Position numbers and translations under genes: made by a program
Notes under the pieces: generated by a model
Seen by the model: the letters and a program-made list of their open reading frames with translations, nothing else
Database searches by the model: none
Told to the model about the DNA's origin: nothing
Assembly: GCA_041664165.1 (NCBI GenBank)
Contig: JBAYLH010000001.1
Coordinates: forward strand, 73,469-137,468
DNA length: 64,000 bases
Direction of reading: 5' to 3'
DNA from: Candidatus Buchananbacteria bacterium
GTDB taxonomy: Bacteria; Patescibacteriota; Patescibacteriia; Buchananbacterales; UBA6539
Shown here: positions 27,413 through 36,701 of the stretch, piece after piece
Layout of the letters: each line of letters starts with the position of its first letter
Numbering within the stretch: the stretch's first letter is position 1

Positions 27413-28529
27413 TTAATACTTATCTCGCTTATCTTGCTTATTAATGTATCTTAAATAATTTTCGATAAAAGAGTCAAGGTCGCCGTCCAAAACCGCTCCG
27501 GGATCGGCAGTTTCAAACTTAGTCCGGTGGTCTTTAACCAATTTATACGGCTGCAAAACATACGACCTGATCTGGTTGCCCCATTCAGCCGCTAAGACTT
27601 CGCCCCGAATTTCCGCCAGTTCTCTGCCTTTAGCCGACTCTTGCAAACTGGCTAACTTGGCCTGTAAAAGCTTCAAAGCTGTTTTCCGGTTTTGCAGCTG
27701 CGATCTTTCGTTTTGGCATTTAACCACAATTCCCGTGGGCAAATGAGTAATCCGCACGGCTGAGTCAGTTGTATTGACGCTTTGGCCGCCATGGCCGCCG
27801 GCTCGAAAAACTTCAATTTTCAAATCGCTTTCTTTAATCGGCAATTCTTGCGTTGGCGGCAATTCGGGCATTACTTCGACTAAAGCAAAAGAAGTGTGGC
27901 GCATTTTTTCCGCGTCAAAAGGCGAAATCCGGACCAAGCGGTGAACGCCGGCTTCAGCTTTCAAATTACCATAGGCATACGCGCCTAAAATTTCCACCGT
28001 CACGCTTTTAACCCCCGCTTCCTGGCCGCGGGTCGAATCAACGACTTTGGCGGTAAAACCTTTTTTTTCGCAATACCTCAAATACATCCGCAAAAGCATC
28101 TCCGCCCAGTCTTGAGCTTCCGTGCCGCCGGTGCCGGCGTGAATCGCTAAAATCGCATTGGCGCTGTCGTAATCACCGGAAAACAAGACTAAAAATTCTA
28201 AATCGTTAAATTGTTTTTCTAAGCGATCAAACTCCTTTTTCAATTCCGCTTCTAAATTTGAATTTTTTTCTTTTTCCGCCTCTTCGGCTAATTCCAGATT
28301 ATCGTTAACTTCTTTGGTTAAATTTTCCCAAGAGTTAAAAACCGTTTTAATACTCTCGCTGTGCTGACTAATTTCTTTAGCCTTAAGCTGATCCTGCCAG
28401 AAATCCGGCTGGTTCATAACTTTTTCCAATTTTTTTATTTCTAAAGCCAGACCGTCTGAGTCAAAGTAACCTCCGCGTGGCGGAAATTTTTTGTTTCAGC
28501 GCTTTTAATTTTTGGATTAATTCTTTCAT
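27413..28529 (-). CDS. prfB: Peptide chain release factor 2 with programmed +1 frameshift
   Basis: SPF and GGQ motifs. The upstream frame-0 [25 protein letters not shown] ends at CTT TGA C (28460-28466) with a GGAGG SD-like element (plus-strand CCTCC at 28471-75) upstream of the slippery site. The +1 frame continues as [18 protein letters not shown]. Confidence 0.85.
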
Positions 28530-28644
28530 AATCAACTATTGACAAAATAATCTATTTAATTAACAATACTATTACACTAAATTGCAGTAACTACTGACTA
28601 GGTTGTATTGATATACCAGGATATTCCGGAAAGGAAAAAGGTAA

Positions 28645-28845
28645 ATGACTATAGTAATCCCGACGATACTCTTGAGTTTATGGAAATGGGCTATTATCCC
28701 ACTAGTCATACTCTCTCTAGTAGGGTTTCTCAACAAAATCCAGGAAGGCGGGCCAGAAAAAGGATCCCAGATTTGGGCTCCAATCGCTTGGATATTTACG
28801 GTTGCCTGGATACTGATCTTTGTCATCAAGGGGGTCTCTTTCTGA
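28645..28845 (+). CDS. Small two-TM membrane protein (66 aa), the plus-strand gene
   Basis: GGAAAGGAAAAAGG RBS before the ATG, two hydrophobic helices, and a canonical terminator following it. Confidence 0.5.
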   Translation: MTIVIPTILLSLWKWAIIPLVILSLVGFLNKIQEGGPEKGSQIWAPIAWIFTVAWILIFVIKGVSF

Positions 28846-28886
28846 CAGTTGGCAATCCTGCCAGCACACTACATCTTTATTTTCCC

Positions 28887-28912
28887 ATCTTCCGAAAGGA
28901 AGATTTTTTTTG
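28887..28912 (+). terminator. Rho-independent terminator
   Basis: ATCTTCC-gaaa-GGAAGAT followed by T8. Confidence 0.7.
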
Positions 28913-28923
28913 TTTATTTAATA

Positions 28924-29322
28924 TTATTTACTGACACAGCCCCGGGTTTTATCAAAAATATCGCCGGCGGCGCAAAGACAAAAATTACCGAGTTTGTTGC
29001 GGTACCAGCGGCCGTTGCTTTGCAGGCAAATATTTTTTTGCTGGGCGGTTTCGCCTAAAACTTTAACCGGAATGCGCTGGCAGTTTTTAAACTCCAAATC
29101 CTGACAAGTCGGGCAGCTGGGACCGTAAATTCCCTGGCAAAAATCTCGGCTGAAACATTCATCTTCGTTGGTGATATTGCCGCAGTTGGTAATTTTAGCG
29201 ATATATTGCTTTAATAAAATATCCGTTTTACTGCGATAAAAATAAATATACGCGCTGGCAGCCAAGACAAACAAGATAAAAATTGAAAAAATTAAAATTG
29301 TCCGACGTGAAACTTTAAGCAT
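28924..29322 (-). CDS. Cys-rich membrane-anchored hypothetical protein
   Basis: 132 aa with an N-terminal TM and 11 Cys in the extracytoplasmic part. Confidence 0.5.
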   Translation of the reverse strand: MLKVSRRTILIFSIFILFVLAASAYIYFYRSKTDILLKQYIAKITNCGNITNEDECFSRDFCQGIYGPSCPTCQDLEFKNCQRIPVKVLGETAQQKNICLQSNGRWYRNKLGNFCLCAAGDIFDKTRGCVSK

Positions 29323-29349
29323 ATTTTTGAAATTACTATTAATTGCTAG

Positions 29350-29724
29350 CTAATGACCGGCATTATTTTTTAAATTTTGCTGAGCTGGCGAATTAATCAA
29401 TGATTTAACCTGATCAAGTACTGTCGCGCCGGATTCACCCTGGTTCAAATTAATCACGTCAATATAAGGCTTAATAAATTTATTAATTAAGGCCGGCAAA
29501 TAAATCAAGCTAATAATTAAAGGAATGACAATGATTAAGAATTTAACCGCCGTCCAAACTTTGTTCCAGAAAATCCAGCGCTTAATTTCCATTACCATTT
29601 CCCGAGTTTCCCGAGAAATTTTTAGATTTTCCGCTAAAAGTTTCTGCAGCTCCTTTTGACTAAAAACATCGGCACCAACCTTTTGGTCCGAATTAGCCTT
29701 GGGATTATTAGCTTGGTCAGCCAT
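29350..29724 (-). CDS. Hypothetical membrane protein
   Basis: 124 aa with a central TM helix. Confidence 0.45.
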   Translation of the reverse strand: MADQANNPKANSDQKVGADVFSQKELQKLLAENLKISRETREMVMEIKRWIFWNKVWTAVKFLIIVIPLIISLIYLPALINKFIKPYIDVINLNQGESGATVLDQVKSLINSPAQQNLKNNAGH

Positions 29725-29847
29725 ACTTAATTATTATACTATATTTAGCCAAACCCCGCACCTTAATGGCTGCCATTTCCTAATTTCTATCGGTTGAAGG
29801 CAAAACAAAAAAGACCTGTTTCCAAGTCTTTTTTGCTTATTTTATCC

Positions 29848-31443
29848 TTACAAACCCTTGTCTGTATTGATGTCGGGTGAACTGTTTTTAATTGAATCTT
29901 TGCTATACTCGGTAACGGCCGTAATTTGGCTGCCGGTTTTATAGTTAACAAAGAAAGCATCGGAAATATCATCTACTAAGGTAGTCGCCCAGCTGGCGCC
30001 GTAAAGAGCAGCGGCGATGTCAGCGGTGGTAACCCATCTCAAAGTGCCATCACCGGCAACGGCGTAAACTTTCGGATCCGTGTTGATTTTAACTAATTTT
30101 ACACCGGGCCGATAAGTCGCGTTGCCACCAATCAGGTACTTGGCTAAATCAGCGGCGCTAATGGTTTTAACGGTGGAAAAATCGCTATACCAAGTCTTGT
30201 AAGTTTTTTCATTCGGAAAAACATAGCGTTTGCCATCTTGGCCAAGATAATAGACTGCCTTGCAGGGATCATTAACACCAGCGTTGGCAGCACAAGCTAA
30301 CTTGACTAAATCGCCGCCGGCCGCAATTTTTTCGCCAATGACCGCAAACTTAGTGAAATGAGCGGTTGTAGCCGTGATTTTATTGCCAGCGGAGTCAATA
30401 GTACCGCCCAAACTGAGCCATTTCTTGGTCGCTTCGTCCCAATAGTTGACCGCTAAAGTCGATTCATTAATCCCTTTAATATTTTCGTCGGAGTAGGTAA
30501 AAGTCAAAGTCAACAACTTGTCAAAGGTGGTTATTGCCTGTCCGCCGACCGTGGCCGAAAAGTCATAAACTTGATTGCCAACCACTCCTTTGGCGCTTTC
30601 CGGAGCAGTATAACTGGCAGTTGGCGTAATCGTTATTTCCCCGCTGCCGCTGAAAGCGCCGCTTGGGATTGTAATCGCCGCTTTATTATCCGTTAAAGAA
30701 ACTAAACCCCCTTCGGTGCCGGTAATGGCTTTGGTAATCTTAGCTGCCGGCGCGATTAATTCGATGGTGTCGCTAACCGCTGCCGATTCACCGCCGCCGG
30801 TTGACCGAAACTTAACATAGACAGTCTTAACGCCCAAGCCGGAGACTAAAGTCCAGCTGGCTGAAGTTGCATAATTTTGCCAGCTGCCGGCATCGGAAAA
30901 ATCAGCTTTATTGGCAATTAACATAGTAGCGGCGTTTGTCGCTGATAAAGTAAGCGTGATACCGGTACTTTCCGTCTGAATGTTGCCGCTATCAATTGCT
31001 ACCGCAGCATTGGTAGGCGTAACTACTACCGGTGCCGCACCGCCGCCACCTCCACCGCCGCCACCGCTGCCCGGAGCACTACACTTGTCGCCGCTAATAG
31101 TTAAAGTAACATCTTGACTTGATCCCGAAGTTATACTGATTGACGAAGCCGTGCCGGAACAGCCATCTTGGGCAATTTCCGGTGAAACTTTCATTCGCCA
31201 GCCGTCGGCTGCTTGAAAGGTAATATTTGAATCACTGGCCAAACTAATAGTCAAAGTGGAATCTGCATTAATAATAATTGACTCGGCTAAACTGTCGTTG
31301 GTAATCGTTAAATTTTTACCATTAGGCAGTAAAAGATTAGTTTCGGCATTAAACGTCAGTGTCGCCGCGGCAGCCAAACCTGGGATGCCGACAGCAAGAG
31401 AAAATATTACCAACCCGACTCCTATAAAAAATATTTTCCGCAT
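29848..31443 (-). CDS. Secreted cell-surface protein with Gly-rich linker
   Basis: Signal peptide, a GSGGGGGGGGGAAP linker, and Thr/Ser-rich beta-rich segments. Confidence 0.6.
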   Translation of the reverse strand: MRKIFFIGVGLVIFSLAVGIPGLAAAATLTFNAETNLLLPNGKNLTITNDSLAESIIINADSTLTISLASDSNITFQAADGWRMKVSPEIAQDGCSGTASSISITSGSSQDVTLTISGDKCSAPGSGGGGGGGGGAAPVVVTPTNAAVAIDSGNIQTESTGITLTLSATNAATMLIANKADFSDAGSWQNYATSASWTLVSGLGVKTVYVKFRSTGGGESAAVSDTIELIAPAAKITKAITGTEGGLVSLTDNKAAITIPSGAFSGSGEITITPTASYTAPESAKGVVGNQVYDFSATVGGQAITTFDKLLTLTFTYSDENIKGINESTLAVNYWDEATKKWLSLGGTIDSAGNKITATTAHFTKFAVIGEKIAAGGDLVKLACAANAGVNDPCKAVYYLGQDGKRYVFPNEKTYKTWYSDFSTVKTISAADLAKYLIGGNATYRPGVKLVKINTDPKVYAVAGDGTLRWVTTADIAAALYGASWATTLVDDISDAFFVNYKTGSQITAVTEYSKDSIKNSSPDINTDKGL

Positions 31444-31479
31444 AACATTATAGTTTAAGGGTAATTAATTTTCTCTTTT

Positions 31480-32028
31480 TTAATTACAGCGACCAGCCGA
31501 GCAAACTAAGCTAGGGGTGGCAACATCAATATAACAATTATAATAAGCACCGTTGCTGGCAGCTAATTCTAAACAGCCATTAGTAACCGGAGCGGCGCTG
31601 CCGTCGTTAATATCGCCGATACTGACTGTTGAAGTCGAGCTAGTCCGATCCCGAGAAAATATTCCCGGCGTAGTTGTCGGAGCAGAACTCGTTGATAAAT
31701 CAAAAATTGTCCCGCCGGCCTTTATATAGCTGCCGACTGTCAGACTGCCTCCGGCGCTAACGGCACCCTGAGTGTAAAGCCCGCCGGTCGATGAAGCGTT
31801 GCCGATAACCGTCAAATCATTACTGGCATACAAAGAAGTCGTGGTCGCGCTGCCGCCAACTGATAAATTGCCGCTGGTAAGAGTGATGTCGCCCGAACCG
31901 ACAGTAATGCTACTGCCGATAGTCGTTGCCGCGTAAACAACCGTCATAACAAAAAGCGATGCGATCAGCACCACCATTACACTTTTAAGAAACGATGACC
32001 ATTTTGAAAATTGTTTCTTAATCTCCAT
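31480..32028 (-). CDS. Secreted Ser/Thr/Gly-rich protein with Cys-rich C-terminus
   Basis: N-terminal signal anchor, and a GCLELAASNGAYYNCYIDVATPSLVCSAGRCN tail. Confidence 0.5.
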   Translation of the reverse strand: MEIKKQFSKWSSFLKSVMVVLIASLFVMTVVYAATTIGSSITVGSGDITLTSGNLSVGGSATTTSLYASNDLTVIGNASSTGGLYTQGAVSAGGSLTVGSYIKAGGTIFDLSTSSAPTTTPGIFSRDRTSSTSTVSIGDINDGSAAPVTNGCLELAASNGAYYNCYIDVATPSLVCSAGRCN

Positions 32029-32120
32029 AATTTTTTGGATTAAAAAATTAATTAAATTAAATTATATATAAAAATGTTTTTGTTTCATCCATATTATACC
32101 AAAAAAAGTAAAAAAAGTAA

Positions 32121-32162
32121 AAATACAAAAAGCTGTGGATATCTCTAGCCACAGCTTTTCCC
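32121..32162. terminator. Bidirectional terminator ending the putative B12-uptake operon
   Basis: AAAAGCTGTGG-atatctcta-CCACAGCTTTT. Confidence 0.75.
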
Positions 32163-32178
32163 TATTTTATTGAGTATT

Positions 32179-32718
32179 TTAACTATTTTTGACGGTTAAA
32201 GCCTTTAATTGCCTAAAATTTGCCAAAAACTTAATTCCTTCATAAGCCCCAACAAAGATGCCGGTATAGAATAAATCCCCCAACAAAGTGGCTCGGAAAA
32301 AAGGAATCGCCGCGATGAAACAGTCAACTAAGCCAAGCAAATCTTTGGTGTACCAGGAGGCAAACTGCCAAACTGCAAAATTAGTGGCGATAAAAAACAA
32401 AACCGAGGCAAAAATACTGGCTGCCATCACCACTTCAACATTCTTATGTTTTTTGATTAAGCTGGCAACTAAGCCCGTAATAACGTAGCTGCCATAAACT
32501 ACCAGCATCAAAGGCAGCGAATAAAAACCGATGAACAGATCGCCTAAAGCCATGGCGGCAATCGGCAAAAAAACGGCATAGCTCCGACCCAAATAAAAAC
32601 CGGCAAAAATAGCAATGGCGGCAATCGGCGCAAAGTTGCCAAGATGAGGTAAAATTCGACAAGCCACCCCCAGGGCGATCAAAATGATTGAAATAATGAT
32701 TTTTGTTGTTTTGTCCAT
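32179..32718 (-). CDS. Small polytopic membrane protein (ECF S-component-like / BtuM-like candidate cobalamin transporter)
   Basis: 179 aa with 5-6 TM helices. It is the last gene of an operon with DUF4430-like and alpha/alpha-toroid proteins behind a candidate B12 riboswitch. Confidence 0.5.
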   Translation of the reverse strand: MDKTTKIIISIILIALGVACRILPHLGNFAPIAAIAIFAGFYLGRSYAVFLPIAAMALGDLFIGFYSLPLMLVVYGSYVITGLVASLIKKHKNVEVVMAASIFASVLFFIATNFAVWQFASWYTKDLLGLVDCFIAAIPFFRATLLGDLFYTGIFVGAYEGIKFLANFRQLKALTVKNS

Positions 32719-32724
32719 ACAATT

Positions 32725-33186
32725 TTAATGTTTTATCAAATTAAATTGGTTTGAAACATATTTCCACTCGACAATATCTCCCGCTTTTAATTGATAGTTG
32801 CTGGCACCGATCTCCGCATAAACATTATTGACCCAATAATGCCAAAACCGATTAGTCTTATTATTGTTAGCAATTTTATTGATTGATTCGACTAAAACCC
32901 CGAGTTCGCCGCCATAGTCCTTGTAGCTAAACTCCAGCTTATTTTCGGCGGTAATTTTTTTTAGCAACTCAAAAACCGAACTATTCTCGGCTAAAGCGAT
33001 GCTATTGAAAGTCTGGACTTCACCGTTACCGAAATCAAGCATTAAATTGACCTTAATTTCTTGGTTTGCCTGGTTTTTTGGCTGTTTATTGATCCAGCCA
33101 TCGGCCGGAGCCAAAACCTGCTGGCCAAAATAAAAACCGGCAAAAAAGATAGCCAGGGCTAATATAATTTTAGCAATCAGTTTCAT
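32725..33186 (-). CDS. DUF4430-like (transcobalamin C-terminal beta-domain-like) secreted protein
   Basis: Signal peptide. The C-terminal WHYWVNNVYAEIGASNYQLKAGDIVEWKY matches the DUF4430 W.Y.VN......G......L..GD.I.W.Y pattern. Confidence 0.6.
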   Translation of the reverse strand: MKLIAKIILALAIFFAGFYFGQQVLAPADGWINKQPKNQANQEIKVNLMLDFGNGEVQTFNSIALAENSSVFELLKKITAENKLEFSYKDYGGELGVLVESINKIANNNKTNRFWHYWVNNVYAEIGASNYQLKAGDIVEWKYVSNQFNLIKH

Positions 33187-33187
33187 C

Positions 33188-33694
33188 TTAGTTAGCTTTA
33201 ATTTTATTGCGACTTATTAATAATTTTACTGCAAAAAAGGCAAATAAGCAAACAATTATCCCGGCTAAAATTTCCGCCCAAAGCGGCAAACCCCAGACAT
33301 AAAGCGTCAGCGGGATCTTTACGCCCGTAGCCGCTGCTAATCCCCCGCTCGCCAAAGGCCGGGCCACGACCGAAAGATTAGTGCTAAATATCCCCGGCCG
33401 TTTCGGGTTAACGATAACTTTGATCAGCTGGCTGCCGTCGGGATCAAGCCGAAAATCAGCCGGACTGATTTTAATTTCCGAATTCAAGCCGTCGGGATAA
33501 ACCTGATACAGCGCCGGTTCGGAACTGACGTTAAAAATCAAAACTTCCGTTTCCGTTGAAAAATTTACCAGGGCTTTGAAACTAAGCTCATTCGGCTTGA
33601 CCCCGATGCCGATGGCTTGCGCCGACTGGCTGACCATCAAACTAAAAAACAGAGCTAGCGCTAATACTACAAATTTTTGGCAGAACCAAATCAT
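33188..33694 (-). CDS. Secreted protein with C-terminal TM anchor
   Basis: Signal peptide plus a C-terminal hydrophobic helix and basic tail. Confidence 0.5.
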   Translation of the reverse strand: MIWFCQKFVVLALALFFSLMVSQSAQAIGIGVKPNELSFKALVNFSTETEVLIFNVSSEPALYQVYPDGLNSEIKISPADFRLDPDGSQLIKVIVNPKRPGIFSTNLSVVARPLASGGLAAATGVKIPLTLYVWGLPLWAEILAGIIVCLFAFFAVKLLISRNKIKAN

Positions 33695-33707
33695 AGCCTA
33701 AAGTAAA

Positions 33708-35570
33708 CTATTGAACCTGGGCCCAAAAAATTACTTCCCCGGTTTTGATGCCAAAACCCAGGTAATTGCCCGGCACTGCCAAAACGACATCCTGGTTTTT
33801 ACTTTCCTGGCTGGCCAAGTTTAAAAAGTAGCCGGACCATAGACTGCTGCCAATTGAAACATTTCGAGTAAAAACCGGGTCGCCGGTAACTGACGAAGTA
33901 ATTCTTAAGTTAACCGTACCCAAATTATTTAAAGTGATGGTTTGGCTGGCACTTTTTCCCGGCTGGACTTTGCCGAAATCAAGCTGGCTGGGAGTAACTT
34001 CAAAAATGATCGCTTCCCCGCCGATCCGGCCGCGGCCGCCCTGGTCAACTTCGACTTGCAAACCGACATTTTGCGAAACGCCGCTGCCAACCGAAATTAT
34101 TGCCTGATTGCTCCGGATGTAATTTTCCTTTTCCGCCGCTAAAGTGTAATAACCCGCCGGCAGCGCCATCACCACCTGGCCGGAAACGTCAGTTTGGTAT
34201 TCTTTATCGCCGCCGAAAACTATCGCGCCGGAAATCGGCTGCCAGTCCGACTGGCTGAAATATTTTACCGTTACGGTAATGCTTTCTCCCGGGTCAGTCT
34301 GATTTTTGCTGACAGTCAGGCTCAAGGGCTTATCGTAATCCGGATAAGCCGGAGCGTTGGTGTCGACATCATAATAAATTAAAACTTCGTCATTAGCCTG
34401 CAGATTATATTGCTCCAAACCGGAATCCGAAGGCTTATTATTTATCAAATACATCCAATAAGCCGGCGAACTGCCCGCCACGCCATTGATTGAATCAAGA
34501 AAAAAAGTGCCATAAGTCCGGTTGCCGGCAAAATTGTAATGACAAGAGACTGAACCGGCGACTAATAAATCATAAGCCGTCAAACCATTTAAAAACTTAT
34601 CGCAAATTGCCCCAGTCTGGCCTTCGATCCGAAAATGATATTGACCGGTTGGCTCTTGGCTGTCGCCGCTAGCACCAGCGTTAAAATGAGCTAAAGGCAA
34701 AGTCCGGCCCGATAAGGCCAAAACCGCATCCTGCGTCGCCAGCAAATTAGCGCCGGCATTAGTTTCGGTTCGGCCAAAAGAACCGTCGGCATTTTGCCGG
34801 GCGGAAATATAGCTAATCGGATTATTGTTTCCTTTGACCCATTGCTCCGGATTTTGACCGGCTTTGCGGATCGCCCAAACCACCCAGCTGGTTGAATTGG
34901 CATCGGATGAATTGTCAGCCGCCCAGCCAAAACCGCCGTCAGCATTTTGGGCTGAAGTTAAATAGCTTAAAGCATTAGTAACAGTCGAATTGCTGGCATT
35001 AACGCCGGCTTCCAGCAAAGCGATAGTAACGATAGCGGTGCTGTTGGTATCGCTGTCAATGCCGATGTTATAGCCCCAGCCGCCGTCAGGATTTTGTTTT
35101 GACAGCAAATAATTTTTGGCGCCGACAATTTCCGTACCCGTTAAACTCTGGCCGGCGGAAGATAAAGCTAAAATGCCAAAACTATCGTCCATCAGCATTT
35201 GACTGTCGCCAATTTGGCTATTTTGGTAAAAGCCTTTCAAGGCGGCAACGTAATCAATATTGCCGAAATCAGCCGGATTTTGACCCAGCGCCGAAACGGC
35301 CAAAATGGTTTTGGCGTAGTCTAACGGCGTATTGTCAGTTGATTTGAGGTAATCCGAAGCGATGTCGGAAGCGCCGGCCGCCACCAAAGCCATGGTCACC
35401 CAAGGCGCCTGGCTTGATTGTTTTAAATAAGTGATTGAATCTTGGCTGATGTCAGCCGAGACAATGGCCGGCTGAAAAACCGATAAAACCACGGCCGCAG
35501 CCAATAAAATAGTAATGATTTTGTTTTTCATATAAACAAAAAATCTCCCGTTTCGAGAGAGTTTGGTCAT
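33708..35570 (-). CDS. Secreted alpha/alpha-toroid (prenyltransferase/terpene-cyclase-like repeat) protein with C-terminal Ig-like domains
   Basis: Repeated segments of the type QNPDGGWGY, QNADGGFGW and QNADGSFG are typical of alpha/alpha-toroid repeats. An N-terminal signal peptide is present. Confidence 0.6.
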   Translation of the reverse strand: MTKLSRNGRFFVYMKNKIITILLAAAVVLSVFQPAIVSADISQDSITYLKQSSQAPWVTMALVAAGASDIASDYLKSTDNTPLDYAKTILAVSALGQNPADFGNIDYVAALKGFYQNSQIGDSQMLMDDSFGILALSSAGQSLTGTEIVGAKNYLLSKQNPDGGWGYNIGIDSDTNSTAIVTIALLEAGVNASNSTVTNALSYLTSAQNADGGFGWAADNSSDANSTSWVVWAIRKAGQNPEQWVKGNNNPISYISARQNADGSFGRTETNAGANLLATQDAVLALSGRTLPLAHFNAGASGDSQEPTGQYHFRIEGQTGAICDKFLNGLTAYDLLVAGSVSCHYNFAGNRTYGTFFLDSINGVAGSSPAYWMYLINNKPSDSGLEQYNLQANDEVLIYYDVDTNAPAYPDYDKPLSLTVSKNQTDPGESITVTVKYFSQSDWQPISGAIVFGGDKEYQTDVSGQVVMALPAGYYTLAAEKENYIRSNQAIISVGSGVSQNVGLQVEVDQGGRGRIGGEAIIFEVTPSQLDFGKVQPGKSASQTITLNNLGTVNLRITSSVTGDPVFTRNVSIGSSLWSGYFLNLASQESKNQDVVLAVPGNYLGFGIKTGEVIFWAQVQ

Positions 35571-35574
35571 AAAG

Positions 35575-35760
35575 TCTGCCTAAATTAGCGACTTTCACCT
35601 GCTCTTAGCCTCGAAGAGTTTAGTGAATTAATCAGTTTTGATTTTCGCGACCTGGCTTAGTCTTGGCACTAGCCTTGACTTCACAGTTGCGGGTCAGCGG
35701 AGGATTGGTTAGAAACAAGTAGTTTAGTAACATGTAACATGTTTCTTGTCACTTGTCTCT
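35575..35760 (-). promoter_or_regulatory. Candidate cobalamin riboswitch with terminator expression platform
   Basis: Minus sense ...CCAAUCCUCCGCUGACCCGCAACUGUGAAGUCAAGG... matches the conserved cobalamin-aptamer core (compare E. coli btuB GAAUCUGGAGCUGACGCGCAGCGGUAAGG). An AGCCAGG B12-box-like element lies downstream. A UCUCUCG-aaa-CGGGAGA hairpin with U6 sits immediately before the ATG. Confidence 0.45.
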
Positions 35761-35914
35761 AAATTTACCTCACTTCGGAAAATCAAAACTCTTTGTTAAA
35801 GGTAGCTTAAGTTTAGACGGCAAAAATTTTAATGTCAAATCTGACTGTGGATAAATAGAAAAACTCTAAATCCTAATACCTACCTTTGGTATGAAGGATT
35901 TCGTGCTTAGAATT

Positions 35915-36436
35915 TTAGTCCTCTATCCCTTTCCTGGCTAATAAACCGGCTTGATACGGGTGTTTAATTTCTTTCATTTCCGTCACGTAGTCGGCCAGCT
36001 TGATTAATTCTTTTGGTGCCCGGCGGCCGGTCAAAACTAATTCAACGCCAGCCGGCTTACTTTTCATCAGTTGAACTATTTCTTTAACCGAAATTAATTT
36101 AAAAAATAACGCCAAAAAAATTTCATCCAAAATCACCAAGTCAAACTTACCGGATTTGAATATCTTTTTTGCCCAATTCAGCGCTCTTTTGGCTAAAATT
36201 TTATCTTGAGCCGTGCCTTTTTGGTAAATATAAGTCTTTTGGCCAAAGCGCTTAATTGTTACTTCCGGTAATCGTTTTAAGCTATCCAGCTCACTATACT
36301 GCTGGGCTTTGAGAAACTGAACCAGATAAACCTGATAACCGGCGCCAATCGCCCGCAAAGCCAAGCCTAAAGCGGCCGTGGTTTTGCCCTTGCCGTCGCC
36401 GGTATAAATATGGATTTTGCCTAATTGAGATTTCAT
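35915..36436 (-). CDS. cobO: Cob(I)alamin adenosyltransferase (CobA/CobO/BtuR family)
   Basis: IHIYTGDGKGKTTAALGLALRAIGAGYQVYLVQFLK P-loop region. The 173-aa size fits. Confidence 0.85.
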   Translation of the reverse strand: MKSQLGKIHIYTGDGKGKTTAALGLALRAIGAGYQVYLVQFLKAQQYSELDSLKRLPEVTIKRFGQKTYIYQKGTAQDKILAKRALNWAKKIFKSGKFDLVILDEIFLALFFKLISVKEIVQLMKSKPAGVELVLTGRRAPKELIKLADYVTEMKEIKHPYQAGLLARKGIED

Positions 36437-36701
36437 ATCTTAACTATAAGGAGAATTGACAACTCTTAACAAGAATGCTAGCCTATAGTTGCATTAATCG
36501 TTCTTTGTTTTGTATATCCCAGGATTTGTTCCTAATAAGGATCTTATTTTCAAGCTGGGCTGGTTAAAACAAACCAGAATGCAAACTTTCGATGCCTTCG
36601 TTTACTAAACGGAATGCAGCGAGGTATAAAATTCGTCTCTATCTCTTGGGCAGGTCTTTCAAAGGCCGATCCGAGAGAGGGACGAATTTTTTTTATAAAA
36701 A

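Noticed and set aside
36437-36700. A plus-strand small RNA or 32-aa peptide (MLAYSCINRSLF...) between cobO and DUF523, ending at the hairpin+T8 at 36645-36700
   Set aside because: No convincing promoter spacing was found. The terminator also works for the minus-strand DUF523 gene, and no known ncRNA family features were recognised. Left unannotated.
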